Origin: Nemertoderma westbladi
Lineage: Eukaryota; Animalia; Xenacoelomorpha
Length of the DNA: 64,000 nt
Reading direction: 5' to 3'
Assembly: GCA_032718475.1 (NCBI GenBank)
Contig: JAUCBJ010007104.1
Span: 1 to 64,000, forward strand
Below the pieces are notes generated by a model. That model saw only the letters and a program-made list of their open reading frames with translations. It was not told the DNA's origin and made no database searches. How positions within the stretch are numbered: the stretch's first letter is position 1; each line of letters begins with the position of its first letter. Positions 1 to 12,861 of this stretch are shown here, one piece after another. Both the position numbers and the translations under genes were made by a program.

Positions 1-193
1 AGTGGTCAGAAACTAACACGAGACAAAAGATGATACTTAACTTTACCATACTTAGCAGTACACAGATTACATGAATCATTTTATTTTTGACGTTCTCCCG
101 TTAAGAAAAATAAAATGATTCATGTAATCTGTGTACTGCGAAGTACGGCATCGTTAGGTATCATCTTCGCTCTTGTATGAATTTCTGACCACT
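1..193. repeat. Long imperfect palindrome (foldback/MITE-like hairpin); may extend left of the window
   Basis: Perfect 34-bp arms at 55-88 and 106-139. Outer arms agtggtcagaaa (1-12) and tttctgaccact (182-193), with imperfect pairing in between. Confidence 0.85.
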
Positions 194-624
194 TATATAT
201 ACAACTAGTAAGATAATGAAGAAATTATTAAGGAAATAACACAATGTCAGAGTGAGAACAAAAAAATTAGATATGGTATCAATATATTACCATGAAGATT
301 ACTAGAAGTGATGAATTTTATTAAAAACATTCACTTATATATATATAAATTTGTGATGTGGCATAGTCAACGAAGAAGAGATGGTACGTGTCATAATCAT
401 CGACGAATAAGAAAAGAGATGGAGTGCAACGTGGATGAATGGTTGGTTGTCTGAATAGGAAATACGTGAAAGAATATGAATCATAGGGTTGTGTGTGTAA
501 TAATCAATAATTATTATAATAAAAACGTGCAGTATATAATGTTAGTGGTGGTAGCCTTTCAATATGACACAGATGCTGCGGGATTGGTTAGGTTGAGTAA
601 CTACTATGCAAATGTTGTTTGTAT

Positions 625-871
625 ACGTGTAGCCGGGACGTGGATTGGTGACAGCCGTGGTGGAGTTGGCAATCAATATAATATCTGATGTAGTTGGTGG
701 CCACGTTGTCAGCATATACAGTATACAGTGGTTGGTTGGTTGGTTGCGTGAATAGGAAATAACTATGGAAATGTTCGTATTCGTGTAGCCGGAAACGTGG
801 TGGATTGGTAGGTTGCTCGGTTGAATGGATTGGTGACAGCCGTGGTAGAGTTGGCGATCGAATCGATATAA
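625..871. repeat. Diverged direct duplication (possibly LTR or UTR of the adjacent retroelement)
   Basis: cgtgtagccgg...ggattggtgacagccgtgg(t/a)gagttggc occurs at ~626-670 and again, with an insertion, at ~782-855. The LTR assignment is only a guess. Confidence 0.4.
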
Positions 872-1193
872 TAGGGTAGTGTGGGGCTAGCCACACGATG
901 AGAGGTTTGGGTACGCGAAGATGAATATGCTATGGTTGGTTGATGCAACGACACGAACCAATACGCGCGGGTGGTAACAGCTGTAGGAGTAAGGAGGGCA
1001 TCGTGAGGTTAGGCTACGCGTAGGTGATAGGCAGCGATTGGTTGAATGCAACGAGGCGAATCAATATTGATGGTGACAGATGGTCATTAAACACCTCGAT
1101 TTAGCACCGGAATTTGGCATTTTTTAATTGCCTCCGAGATGTGGCCCGTAGCCCAGGCTAGGGAGGAGTGAGTGGAGGGCTATGCTTCTCCTA

Positions 1194-1862
1194 CTACTCT
1201 CGATCCCTAGATAACGCTTTAACTTGTAGAAACATGCCTTCGATGTCGGAAGCGAAGGCGATCAAATATTGCCGCAGTCGTAGTAATAATCCCAACAAAG
1301 ATTGGAGTAAGTTGGGTCCCGGCAACAGTTCAGAATTTAGGGATTGTCCCATATAAAGGGCGGAGCCGTCAAACACTACCCAGACTTCGTTTGGTTTACT
1401 GGGCTTGGGAACGTAATGATGTGTCAAATAATATGTTCTCTCCATTATGGGTGTTTCTTCCGGAACTCGCTCCACGTATCCCTTGTCTATAAACTTATTT
1501 AATTGAGTTCTATACATTTCCTTGGCTCGATCGTTAGCCGTCAAATGCCGATGCAGTTGTGCGATTCTTTTTTCCACTAAAGGTCGGTTATTCATGAAGC
1601 TGGGTTCTCTCCGTCGGAACGGCAGACCAATCTCATAACGACCTTCATCTTTCAGATAACGTGTGGACGTTTCCTGAATCTGCTTGGCTCTCTCTTCCTC
1701 GACTGATAACGCTTTGTCGTAGGAATTAGGCTCTACTGCTTCTTGAGTAAAGAATCGTATGGCGTGTTCATCGCGTACTTTATTATTGTACCGTTCTACC
1801 GCTTCATTTAATTCATCGTCATAAGTCAATTGTTCGTTATTTTGACTGATAAGGTTACACAA
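1194..1862 (-). pseudogene. BEL/Pao reverse transcriptase, N-terminal part only
   Basis: GRYEIGLPF...YYLTHHYVPKPSKPNEVWVVFDGSA...SLNSELLPGPNLL..LLGLLLRLR..IAFASDIEGMFLQV is the Pao RT signature. It ends before the YVDD motif. Confidence 0.9.
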
Positions 1863-1902
1863 TTTAACTTGGTTTAACCAAGTTTGGTTCTCAGTGAGGA
1901 GT

Positions 1903-3786
1903 TCAATCTTTCCTAACTTTGTTTACATAATAAGATCTTTCGGTGTCCTTGCCACTGTTCTCGTCATATGACGTTAGGCTTTCGCAATCATCTGTATAAC
2001 ACACTGGTGTTACCTTTCTCCTAGTAACGGGTTTTTCACTTACCTTACTTTCTGGTGTCTTCTCTCTAGACTGTTTTAGGAGCTGTAATCTTACCTCTCC
2101 ATTTAAGAACGGCATGAGATCAGCCATGGTAGGGTCTCTATGTTGTTGGTCCATCAGATAGAGAACCTTTTTGTCCCAGCGAGTACCTACTCCACCCTTT
2201 GGCAAAGTCGATGCTACGGCTCCTACAACCATAGAACTCTGGTATTCTTGAGACTTACCCAACCAGTCTAGCTGTCTACAGATCTCCTGAATCTCATTGG
2301 AAAACTCTATAATCCCGCTGCTAAGAAACTTTCGGGGCGCTACTAATTTCGCATACAGATATCTAGCTATGTTAGTTCTATTACCATACCTGATGTTTAG
2401 CATATCCCAAACTTGTCTCAATCCGTCTGGATGTCCAATAAACTTTAACGCCATTAACTTGAGAGGTCCTTCCAAGCACTCGATAAGGAATCGTAGTTTC
2501 TCTCCGCTGGATAGTACGGAGTTCTGTATGTTATCTTTGTAATATTCATTAAAGGGTAACCAAACCATTTCATCTCATCTCCATTGAACTTGACGATCTC
2601 TCCCACCTTTACCGCTTGACGGGCTTCCGATCTAGCCATCTGACGTGTAAAACTTTCTTGAGCCATCAAATTATTTAATATCGAATTATCGGTATATAAA
2701 TTTCTCGGATTATTATCAGATCGGTATGGGATATCATTATCAACAGGCTTATTAATACCCTTAATAGGGTTTACTATCGGAGTTTCTACTTCGCTAGCAG
2801 TATAGATGCGTGTAGGCTCCACACCAAGCGCATGAAATACTTCAGACCTAATGGGCTGACACATTGTTACAGAGGGTGGTGGTATACCCATTTGTATATT
2901 TACTAATTTATCGCGCTCGAGAGCAATATTTTGCTGTACTTCTTGCAGCTCTAACCTACTCTCTCTTACTGTTCCTTTTAACAGCTGAACAGTCCCTTCC
3001 AATTCTCGGACTTGTTTGGAAGACTTGATCTTATTGTCTTCGAGTTGTCCGAGCAACTGCTCCATCCCCCGTCATCCCTCGTCGATCCACTCAACCGCGG
3101 AGGCGGGAGTCGCCAACGTAGTAGCTGGATGGCACATTGGGACGACGGGAGACAATCTATTTATTGTCTCTTGTTCGGCGTCCATGACTGTCTGAGATTC
3201 TGGCAGTTGTCTACTGGGCACAGGAAATTTGGAACTGTGTAAAGGGAATTTCGAGTTAGGTTCTGGAAGTAAAGGGGTCTCTATCAAAGGAGTGGCTTCG
3301 CTAACAGGCCTAATTATTTCTGGCTCATCTACTATAGTAGGGAGTCTTTCTACTCTTATAATTTGGGCTGTTGGCTCTCGATTACTAAAGTCTACACTAG
3401 CTAGCTCCCTTCTCACCGCAGGGGGTAAGTTAGGTAACTTATGCCGGTGGGGCGCTCTTCTACGTCCGTTTGTATGAGATTGATTACTTTTACCCTCGGG
3501 ATCAGTTGTATCACCTTCATCCGAGGAGGTAGATCCCTGTCTTCTGGGAGTAGATCGACTCAGTAATTGCATCTGAGTAGCTGCTCTTTGTTTATTTAAG
3601 TAATCTTGTTTCGCCTGAAGGTTCTCCAACTCTAGTTGGGCTGCCGCTTCCGATGCCCTCCTTTCTGCTTCTGCCACTGCCGCTGCTGCTGCCGCTTTTC
3701 TTTCAGCTTCTGCCGCTACCGCTTTTCTTTCAGCCTCTGCCACTGCCGCTTTTCTTTCAGCTTCTGCCGCCACCGCTGTCTCGGAG
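1903..3786 (-). pseudogene. BEL/Pao Gag (DUF1759-like), disrupted
   Basis: KFNGDEMKW/LPFNEYYKDNIQNSVLSSGEKLRFLIECLEG...VWDMLNIRYGN resembles Pao gag F.G....W..F...F......L....KL.YL...L.G...W..L..RYG. In-frame TGA at 3072-3074; frameshift from a small tggtt duplication near 2560. Confidence 0.8.
3640..3780 (-). repeat. 27-bp coding tandem repeat (AAVAEAERK) in gag
   Basis: About 4 copies of tttctttcagc(t/c)tctgcc(a/g)c.. on +, translating to Ala/Glu-rich coiled-coil repeats. Confidence 0.75.
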
Positions 3787-3882
3787 GACACAGAACCATT
3801 TTGAAGTGTTATGGGGCGTCCTCCAGGGAGACACACTTGCACCATTCTTGTTCATAATTGTTGTTGACTAGGTTCTACGCAT
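3787..3882 (+). mobile_element. 96-bp inverted copy of the neighbouring LINE RT (6661-6756)
   Basis: Reverse complement of 6661-6756 with one mismatch; encodes FEVLWGVLQGDTLAPFLFIIVVD. Confidence 0.9.
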
Positions 3883-3885
3883 AGA

Positions 3886-5470
3886 AATATATTACAAATA
3901 CATTTAGAAATATTCACTAGATAGAATTTACAATCTTATAATTACCTGTATTTCGTTCGTGTTTGGAAGTAATTATTATGTGAATTTAAGAATCAGATTA
4001 TACAACCTTTAGTTCTAACTTCAATTATATCTTATTTTCAACAATGTTATCGGTTAAAACATTTACAACATGATGAGATAAGCGTCATTTACGTGGGCCG
4101 GAAGGTTGGGTAACATGGATACAAGCGGCTGAACAACCATAGTCGCACGGATATTAATAGTCAAGGGAAGTTAGGTTAGAGTATCATTACGAGTAAATGG
4201 AAGAAACATTTGTCAGGTGTAGGTCATCAACTTTAGCTGTCTTACATTTCACCAGAATAGAAGCAGAAAATAAGCCAATAGTTACTTTATTTCATCTCCT
4301 AGAATTAATAACTACCAATCCTTTAAATGTTCAATTAGTAAAAATATTTTAAAATTTTTAAAAAATATTTTTAGTTATCGAAAATCATCAATAATCAATA
4401 GAAAATGTAAGATAATCGATTGAAACATTTTATTATTTTTGCATGAAAATATATATTTATTTATATATTACAAATTGTGCGCACCATGAAATTAAATTCC
4501 TGGAACCGCTGTAAAACTATCTGCATAAGAATCCCCGACCAGGCAGATATATATGTGAACTACCAATCAACGATTCCTGGATCGAGATCTCCACAAAGAA
4601 TATAATTTACCGCTATAGCGGGTCCTTATCTGATCTACTAAACAGCCTCCCCAGACTGTGTATTTTCTAGGATAATTTCGAGTTCAATAAATATTTCAGG
4701 TTTTTATAGAAAACATTTCCCATATGAACAGCAATTGCTGAATATGTAACAGTGACAATAAATGAATAACAAATTCACGCCAAACTGTTTAACTAAATTT
4801 ACATCACACTTACCGTAATTCTAAAAATTGCAAATATCTCGGCAAGAATTGTCCTTGTCAGCTAGGATACAGTGCCTAAATTGTCCATAGCGCAAATTAG
4901 TTGTATAGTGGCAAATAACTAATTTCCACCTAATATAGAATAATTCCTAACAGTCTGTCAGTCATGCACAGCAGAATATATTCCAACATTCCAGAATATG
5001 ACATTCCAGAACACAAAATTATGTATAAGTAAACAAATTAATTCTACACCACCCTGCACAGTAACAAAGGAACTCAACTAATGCTGCCTGGAACCCAACA
5101 ACCAATCAAATGTCGGCTCACGCATAGCAACCACGAATTGAGCTCCTATAATACCTTGCCAAGGCTACGCTAAACTGAGGTATAGAATTATTCACCTATA
5201 AATAACTATTGGCTTATTTTCTGCTGTTGCGTTGTGCGTGTCCATGTTACCCAACCTTCCGGCCCACGTAAATGACGTTTAGCTCATCATGTTGTAAATG
5301 TTTTAACCGATAACATTGTTGAAAATAAGATCTAATTGAAGTTAGAACTCAAGATAGTATAATCTGATACTTAAATTCACATAATAATTACTTCCAAACA
5401 CGAGCGAAATACAGGTAATTATAAGATTGCAAATTCTATATAGTGAATATTTCTAAAAGTAATATAATAT
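3886..5470. mobile_element. Non-autonomous DNA transposon / foldback element with long terminal inverted repeats
   Basis: 3903-4119 is a close reverse complement of 5241-5457, and ~4262-4283 pairs with ~5203-5225. Non-coding interior; AT-rich ends with unclear TSD. Confidence 0.75.
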
Positions 5471-5707
5471 TAATCTGCCCTACTAACTGACTAACTGACT
5501 AACTTGTTGCAAAAGGGGGGGTGGGCCCTTTTATACTACAACGTTGACACCTAATCACGTTATATCGAATCACATTTAAGCTTAACTAGTATGTATCCCT
5601 TAGCAACCTATGCATTCATATGTTAGTGAAGCAAAGGTGGCAAACATCCAACATTGAAGGGCTAAACAATAAATTTGATCATAACATTGGTATCTGCCGG
5701 CCCTGTC

Positions 5708-7040
5708 CTAATATATTAGTATTTCTCCTCTTCTACTAGGATCGGCATGCTGCATTGCAGCTGCATTTTTAAGAATGCTGTGTCGGCTTATCGACAAAAT
5801 TGCACTATCACCCATGACATTTGCTAGATCATCCGCATCTTCAAGGCCAGTGTCCTTTAAGATGCGTCTCAAGAAAGTCATGGGCTGTCCACCATGCTTA
5901 TTCACTCCATGAGGCTGCCAAAGTACAAGATTATGCACTGGCTGGTCCTCACGGCGAAAGCAATGTCCTGCAAAGCGGAGGCGATTTTGTTCTAGTGTCA
6001 AGCTTGGGGGAACCAATGAGACACCTCCAATGTTATATAGTGTCTGGTTGGAGATGTGTGCATTGAACTTGACACAATGAACCCGGCGTAGCATTCTTGT
6101 GAATGTACCGTCCAGAGATTTGGTGTCCTCAGCAGTTAGAGCCCAGCATGGACTCCCATAGAGGAGTACTGGAACTACTGCTGCTCTAAATAACCGGACC
6201 TTAAGTTTCCGATTAATTCTCGGTGACTTCCAAATCCTGGAAAGCCTATTCAAGGCTGCCCATGCTTTCCCCTTACGTATTCGAAGGTCGTATTCGTATA
6301 CGTTACGTATTCGTTACGTATTCTGACTTCCGGATCCATGATCCCAGGTAACAGAAGTCGTCCACATGCTCAAGCATACCATCTTTTGAGCTTATGCTCA
6401 TCCGATCAGAGACTTGCTGAGGACTTTCAAAGTTAACTGTCAAAATTTTGGTCTTTCTGGAGTTAATAAAAAGACCAACACTAGAAGTAGCATGTTCTAA
6501 TGGGCTGAGGAGCCGTTGGGCTCCCTCTAGTGATTCTGAGAGTACTCCTAAGTCATCAGCAAAGTCTAGATCAGTTAGGTACTTGGCAGGATTTCCTTGA
6601 CTTCTGGAGCCAGTAGGTGGAGTTATCATCACCCCATCACCATTATGATGATCTAAGGACATGCGTAGAACATAGTCAACAACAATTATGAACAAGAATG
6701 GTGCAAGTGTGTCTCCCTGGAGGACGCCCCATAACACTTCAAAATGGTTCTGTGTCACCGTCAACAGTAGACACAAATGTTGTCGAACCATCGTATACTG
6801 ATCTGATTGCTGCAATAATTTCATCAGGAATCCCATATAATGAAAGTATGCTGAACATACGTGAGCGAGAGACTGAATCAAAGGCCTTGAAGAAGTCAAC
6901 AAAGATAACAGCCAGATGCCTGTCTTTCTTTTTTGATAACCTTTGATTCTTTTTTGATGCTCCGTGGTCCCACGACCTTTACGGAACCCATTCTGATTTC
7001 CACGGAGCAGTCTCTCAATGGGATCCCTGATGCGATTATG
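5708..7040 (-). mobile_element. 5'-truncated, frameshifted non-LTR retrotransposon (RTE-clade LINE) RT and C-terminal region
   Basis: NQNGFRKGRGT, GVLQGDTLAPFLFIIVVDYVLR, TDLDFADDL, DDFCYLGSWI, RLFRAAVVPVLLYGS..WALT and RLRFAGHCFR are typical RTE-clade motifs. Several frameshifts and a tacgtattcg micro-duplication at ~6275-6325. Confidence 0.9.
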
Positions 7041-8853
7041 ATGCGTGATTTCTCCTCTAAAGACATGAATCAGTGCGAGTTTAGGTCCCATCAATAGAGC
7101 AAAGGCAACGCCTTCCAGCGGTCAATATAGAAATTGCACTGAATATTTTATTAAATCTGAGATAACATGGTGGGGCGAGCCACGAAAGTAAATGAACGGC
7201 TTAATACCGATAAAAATAAAATTATCCTTCGGTGTTTCTTAAAAATATACTTCACTTTCTATTCATAAGTGATATAGTATAAATCATGGCAAATATTTCC
7301 ATTTACTAAAAATTATACTATTATTAAGCAATTATTGTTAATAGCAAATTAAGTACCGACACAAAATCAATACATCCGCCCCTGTCAATACTGTAGGTTG
7401 GCAGTTGTCTTCGACTTCTTTACAAACCATGTATAACACTCCAATCACGTCCTTTTCTCAAACAATTGTTGGGAAGGAAGGAAAGACGTTTACAAACCTG
7501 ACAACTGATCATCACAAGCTTACAATTAATAGTCTTTCCATTCCTTACATGATTCCAACGTCCAATCAATGTAGCTCATGAACCTATATCCCATGACCCA
7601 AAAAATATTTCAAGAGATCTTCCTATACTAGTGAGTGTAAGGATTGAGAATAAGCGGTTGGCTCCACCACCATCATTGTGTCCTCCCGTGTATCACATAT
7701 TGCCCAAGCCTTGACAAGTCGCATGGTACCGCAGGTACAAATGGTCACATGTGACACATAGTTTTCCAGGGGAAAACTTCGTTCTATAACTATAATAATC
7801 CATAATCAAATATATCAGCTTTAATTGCATAATTAAATATAATTAATGGATAGGCAGTAGCGCAAACACGGCTGTTATATTAGTACTGTGTCCCGCTATG
7901 GACTGTTCCCCCTCCCTCCCAGTCAATCTAACAAGTAACACTAACAATAACAAACCTGATCTAACAATAGAGAGATTACCACCAAAACACGCTAACTGAA
8001 CTGCCACTGTAACAATGACAGGTGTCAATCAGTAAAGGCTTGAGCCCGAGGCCCCTCCCATTCGCTGCTTTATATTGTAGGAATTAGGCATTATAGGAGG
8101 AGCGGTTGTCACCAGGGAGATGGAATAACCAACAGAGCGAGCCTTGGGCAACCAATCTGTATAGAGCACCAGCCTATAGGCCAGAGAACTGGCAAGCTAG
8201 CCTATCCGCTGTCAGTGAGTAGCTAAGTAATGGGGAGGAACTATCACACATGGCGCTTTATAATGAGGCCGATGGGCTGAATGTCGATCTACTGCATGCT
8301 GACGTCTTAGTAGGCCTACAAATAGGCCATGAAGTTGGCACTAAGTACACATATTAGAACTTGAATACATTTTACCTTTACATCGAAGTATATGAAACAT
8401 ACCATCCTATAATATAAACTTATTCAATTATTATTTACTTAATAATTTGATAATAGTGCTTTGTATGTTGTACCTGTAAAACGTTTGCCGTCTAATTTCA
8501 TGCAGATTTGTTTTCTAACTATACAACACTAAGCGTATTTTTTGTAATAAATAAAACCACGGCCTAGTACCGGTATAAGTTTTTGGTAAATCCGGAAAAT
8601 ATATATGTTAATTTTAGAGAGAAAGGGGGGGGGGGGGGGGGGCTGGACGCAAATCCAATCTTGGCGTATTAATATGTCGCCTCATGTTAAATTCTAAATT
8701 TAGGGAAAGGAGCGGGTTACGGTTGCACGTTATTCTAACCAAATCAATAAACGGAACTCAATAGAACAGGTAACAGTTTTATTTTTGGGAGTAATCAGCT
8801 GTTATTTGCGTCGCATTTCCCAAGGAGAGCGATGGATTGTTATTGGGTTGAAA

Positions 8854-8884
<31 letters not shown>

Positions 8885-9313
8885 TATCTGTAATTTTTAT
8901 ATGCCTATTTTTGTGCTAATCCATGAAAACTCTAAACTCAAAAAAAAAGTCAAAATAAAATTAATAACCGATTTAATCAATTGTATTTATATTATTACTA
9001 CAGTAGCATTATATATTTATTTATGTCGGCTTTTTGTAGCACAGTAGTACAATATGACATTGTAGTACCGGTATAAAAACAATATGATAAATAATAATAT
9101 TTAATTTGATAGCTTATTTGATTCGTATTTTGTAGCGCTGACTGATTTGTGATATAATTACGGTTTTTCTATATTAGTAGTGGTACAGGTACCGTGCCAG
9201 CATTTCCTTTGGTAGCTCACAATATTTCGTCCCGGGCAGCGGGTAAGTGTGTGTGAGAAGGGGATTTCGAAGGGAAACAAATTATCACATTTTTGCAAAA
9301 CTATAATCGAAAT

Positions 9314-9388
9314 ATGGAAACATCTGATATGATAATGAATTCGATGCCAATTAATTCTGATGGCAACCAACTCATTGGTGAAGAAGAG
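9314..9388 (+). CDS. RBPMS: RBPMS exon 1 (METSDMIMNSMPINSDGNQLIGEEE)
   Basis: ATG at 9314; ends EEE|GTCAGT in phase 0, the same EEE|VRTLF junction as vertebrate RBPMS. Followed by a ~14.1 kb intron. Confidence 0.75.
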
Positions 9389-12300
9389 GTCAGTATACTT
9401 TATATTGACTCGGATATATGTCTCGTTTGTATAACATATAACAAGTAAATGTATAATTTGCTTTTCAACATACTAACATAAATATACACACATGAATCGA
9501 TATATTACTTAGGCTACAAACACTATTGCACATGCTGAGAAATGAAAAAAAAAACGTAGCTACGGTTGTACCTGAAATAATGGATTAGACCAAAATGTAT
9601 ACCTTTTTTGAGCGTCTGGAGCTCAGAGCATAAAGTATCACATTCTTATTCTTAGAGTGAACAGGAGTAGAGTACCGGTACGTGTACTTAAATAAAGAGA
9701 GATAGTATGCGCAGAATGCGGTTTATAAATATAATGCATCGCATCGTATATGTTTCAATACAGAAGTACCAGACGCAGCAGACATTGCATGTCCATTAGA
9801 ATAATGTCGATTAAAGTACCTACCCTACATTAGATTTATATCAGTTAGATTTATATCAGTATAGCAGTTAGTTACATTCAGGTTTATAGTATTATAACAC
9901 TGCTGAGTATCAATTCTTCCCATAAGGATTGGGCGTGTCCGCCCATATCATCAGTATACTTCTTTACAGCCAGTATATAGAAAAACATTATTAAAATTAT
10001 TAAGTGCTTCACATAAGCATCTCTTCCACTCCCATCATCTTTACTGTCATACCATGTGTTCCCTTCTGGCTGGTAATGGTAAGTGTGTAAGCTCAGCCTA
10101 GCTTAGACGGCGTAGAAGTAGCAATGAGTCAAGCGTCCAATGAATTTGCTTTTTACACGATTTCCGAAGTTAGATTTCTACGAAATCGAATTTAAATACT
10201 CACTCCTATCAATTTCAAAATAAAAATGGATGCAATGAAAATAACCATTCCAAAACGACGTCCATTATAAATTGTTAGAGCTTTAGAGGTACAGAAACCG
10301 CATTAACAAAGTTCCTATTATTTTATAATGTTTATTCTTTATTGTGTATATTATAAATATCCGTTATATTTTATGAACAAAAGGTTAGGGACTATAGTGC
10401 ATTAAAATCATGAAAACGAACCAGCATCGCGCGATGGATTGCGGTACCTAAACCTAACTTGACTTTTGAATTGAACACAAATATGGTGAATTCACTTGTT
10501 TAGTAAAATGGTTATTGGTGACAAAGACCTGTCATTACAGTCGACTTGAATTTGTTTGAACTACCTATGTGTTCAAAGAAGAGTGTTTGCTTAAAACAAA
10601 AAATATATGAATTCTGACGTAAGACGGAAGTATGATGAGTCTTATTGTCTATACAGCCTATATTGGAGGCAACCTATACTAATCATAAACTAAGCTATGT
10701 ATTCATCCGCAAAGCATATTGCCTGCAAAAAATCAATAGCTATATTTGTACATCATACACAGCATATTTCTATTATAGCAAGTGCGCTATGGATTTATCA
10801 GATGTTGTGAACATTTTGCTATTTGCACCCCGTTGAAATTGGAATTGGTTTTAACGCATTCCATATCGGAAGTGATGTGACGCTATATTCTTCTGGATGT
10901 CCAACGTGTTGCTTGTAAATGGAGAGACAATTAATGACAAGGTGTTTCCTGGTCGGACATTTTTTCCTCCGCTTGTGAGTTGTGGTAAACGTCCCTGGGA
11001 ATCTGCTCTAACAAGTCAGTTTCCAATCAATCAAGGGAGTTATTACGTGAAGGACAAGTCCAAATCCGTCGTGATTCAAGGTTAATACAATTTATTTCCT
11101 GAGGCAGTACTAATCCTATTGTCCTTGTCCCAGCACCGCCACACGATGAAATTAAAGGCCATAGATTCTAGCTGAATTGTTCAGCTCAAATTGCTCGAAA
11201 ATATATACAGTCACGCCTTGTTAGAAGATGTTACCTTGCCTTTACCAGTCGTATATGACTCACCTCGCCTCGCATAAGGAAAACAAACGCACAGCTTCAG
11301 TTCAGCGGAATGTTTGGAAGTGTTGTTTAGGGCTGGCCCACCAGCCAGCCTGCCTGGAAGCAATTCCACCTCCAGATATGATCTCAGATTATATAGGTAT
11401 GTCAAATTCAATTACTTGCCAACTCGGGTTACATGATTATGTTATCCTCACGGCCTCCACTGTTATTACGCCTACTATAGTCGAGCTACGTTACATCCGA
11501 ACTTTGCTATCAGCGGTGACCTTCCCTCCACGGTCAAAGATAAAGGAAGAATCGTGATAAAAATTACTACTATATTAAAGCCGTATTGAGTGGGGCGGCG
11601 ACCCAATGAATTAATCCCGAGAACTGGCTGCACGTGGCGCTGGAATGCCGCATCACAACGCATACGATATTGATTTCGATACACGATACACCTCAGAACT
11701 ATACTGATGATAATTGATTTCGGAAAAAGTAGCCAAAAATGCATCTAAGTTTGCGTGCACAACCCTCCTCGTTATTGTTATACACTAATATGAAACTAAT
11801 AAGACAATAAGATAATAATAAGATAATAAGATAAGATATAATGATATAAGATAATAATACTAATAAGAAACGCATTTGCAAAATTAGGCATCCTTGATAC
11901 CTTCAGTTTGGCTCCTATATTGTAAAATATGTGTATTAACCGGTAAATATTGTAAATTGTTGTCTCCTACGCCTACCCACTTTTACAATTGTTTCAAATT
12001 GTTGTTGTACTAACTCATTCATTGCAGCATATATGGAAAAATCTTGCGACACATGTCATTACCGTTGAGTTGTACATAGTCCAGTAGTCAGGAAAAAAGA
12101 CAGTGACCAGCCCATATCTCACCGCTGTTCATGGATGGCTACTTACGCATACTGCAGTGCTGCTACGACCGGTGATTTACTTCAATGGATGGGTGGGTAG
12201 GTCGGATGAACTAAAGAGGCTTTTAGCACAGTACCCTCCACTGCAAATGCCCCCCTCCTAATAAATTAGTACTTGAAGGCGACTTGGGGGGGGGGGGGGG

Positions 12301-12674
12301 GGTTGTATACATGCTTGTTTTAATTTTTACTCAGGTATATTTTAAAGATGAGGTTCATTTGACTTTTAGAGAGGTGGTTTTAAGACATTGTCGGCTCAAT
12401 CTATGCATTTATTACTTTACGTATTACACGACAAGGCATTGCCCCAACCAAATTGACATAGTAAAAGTAGAAAGAACCGCAGCCATTCGTTGCAAAAAAA
12501 TAAGAGCTTATAGATAGATTAGGCATGATAAGACGCACTATAAGTGTTTTGATAGTTTCTATGTTTATTTGCATCATAAATGATAAATATCTATATTAAT
12601 CCAGAACCAGCCTGTGAGCCAGAATTATTTGTTGTGATTGTGAACGTTATCACACCTTGTTACGATTTAGTTAA

Positions 12675-12861
12675 ATATACAAATCAGTACTTGAATATAT
12701 TTTTAGTATTTAAAGTATATATATATATATATATTTATATAGATATATATTTATATAGATTTATAGATTTATATAGATATTTATATAGATATTATTATAT
12801 TATAGATATATAGATATACAAATCAGTACTTGAATATATTTTTAGTATTTAAAGTATATAT
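12675..12861. repeat. ~47-bp direct repeat flanking an AT/ATAG low-complexity tract
   Basis: atatacaaatcagtacttgaatatatttttagtatttaaagtatata at ~12675 and ~12814. Confidence 0.8.

Larger units (their letters stand above)
1194..3786 (-). mobile_element. Decayed, internally deleted BEL/Pao LTR retrotransposon (gag + N-terminal RT)
   Basis: Four collinear minus-strand ORFs (3072-3845, 2454-3065, 1903-2568, 1194-1862) separated by one in-frame stop and frameshifts, carrying Pao gag and RT motifs. No clear LTR pair seen. Confidence 0.9.

Noticed and set aside
8255-8295. Hammerhead-like taatga-ggcc gatg ggct-gaat, and other CTGANGA hits (9948 minus, 11706, 23031, 50397)
   Set aside because: Missing core nucleotides or no stem I/II/III pairing.
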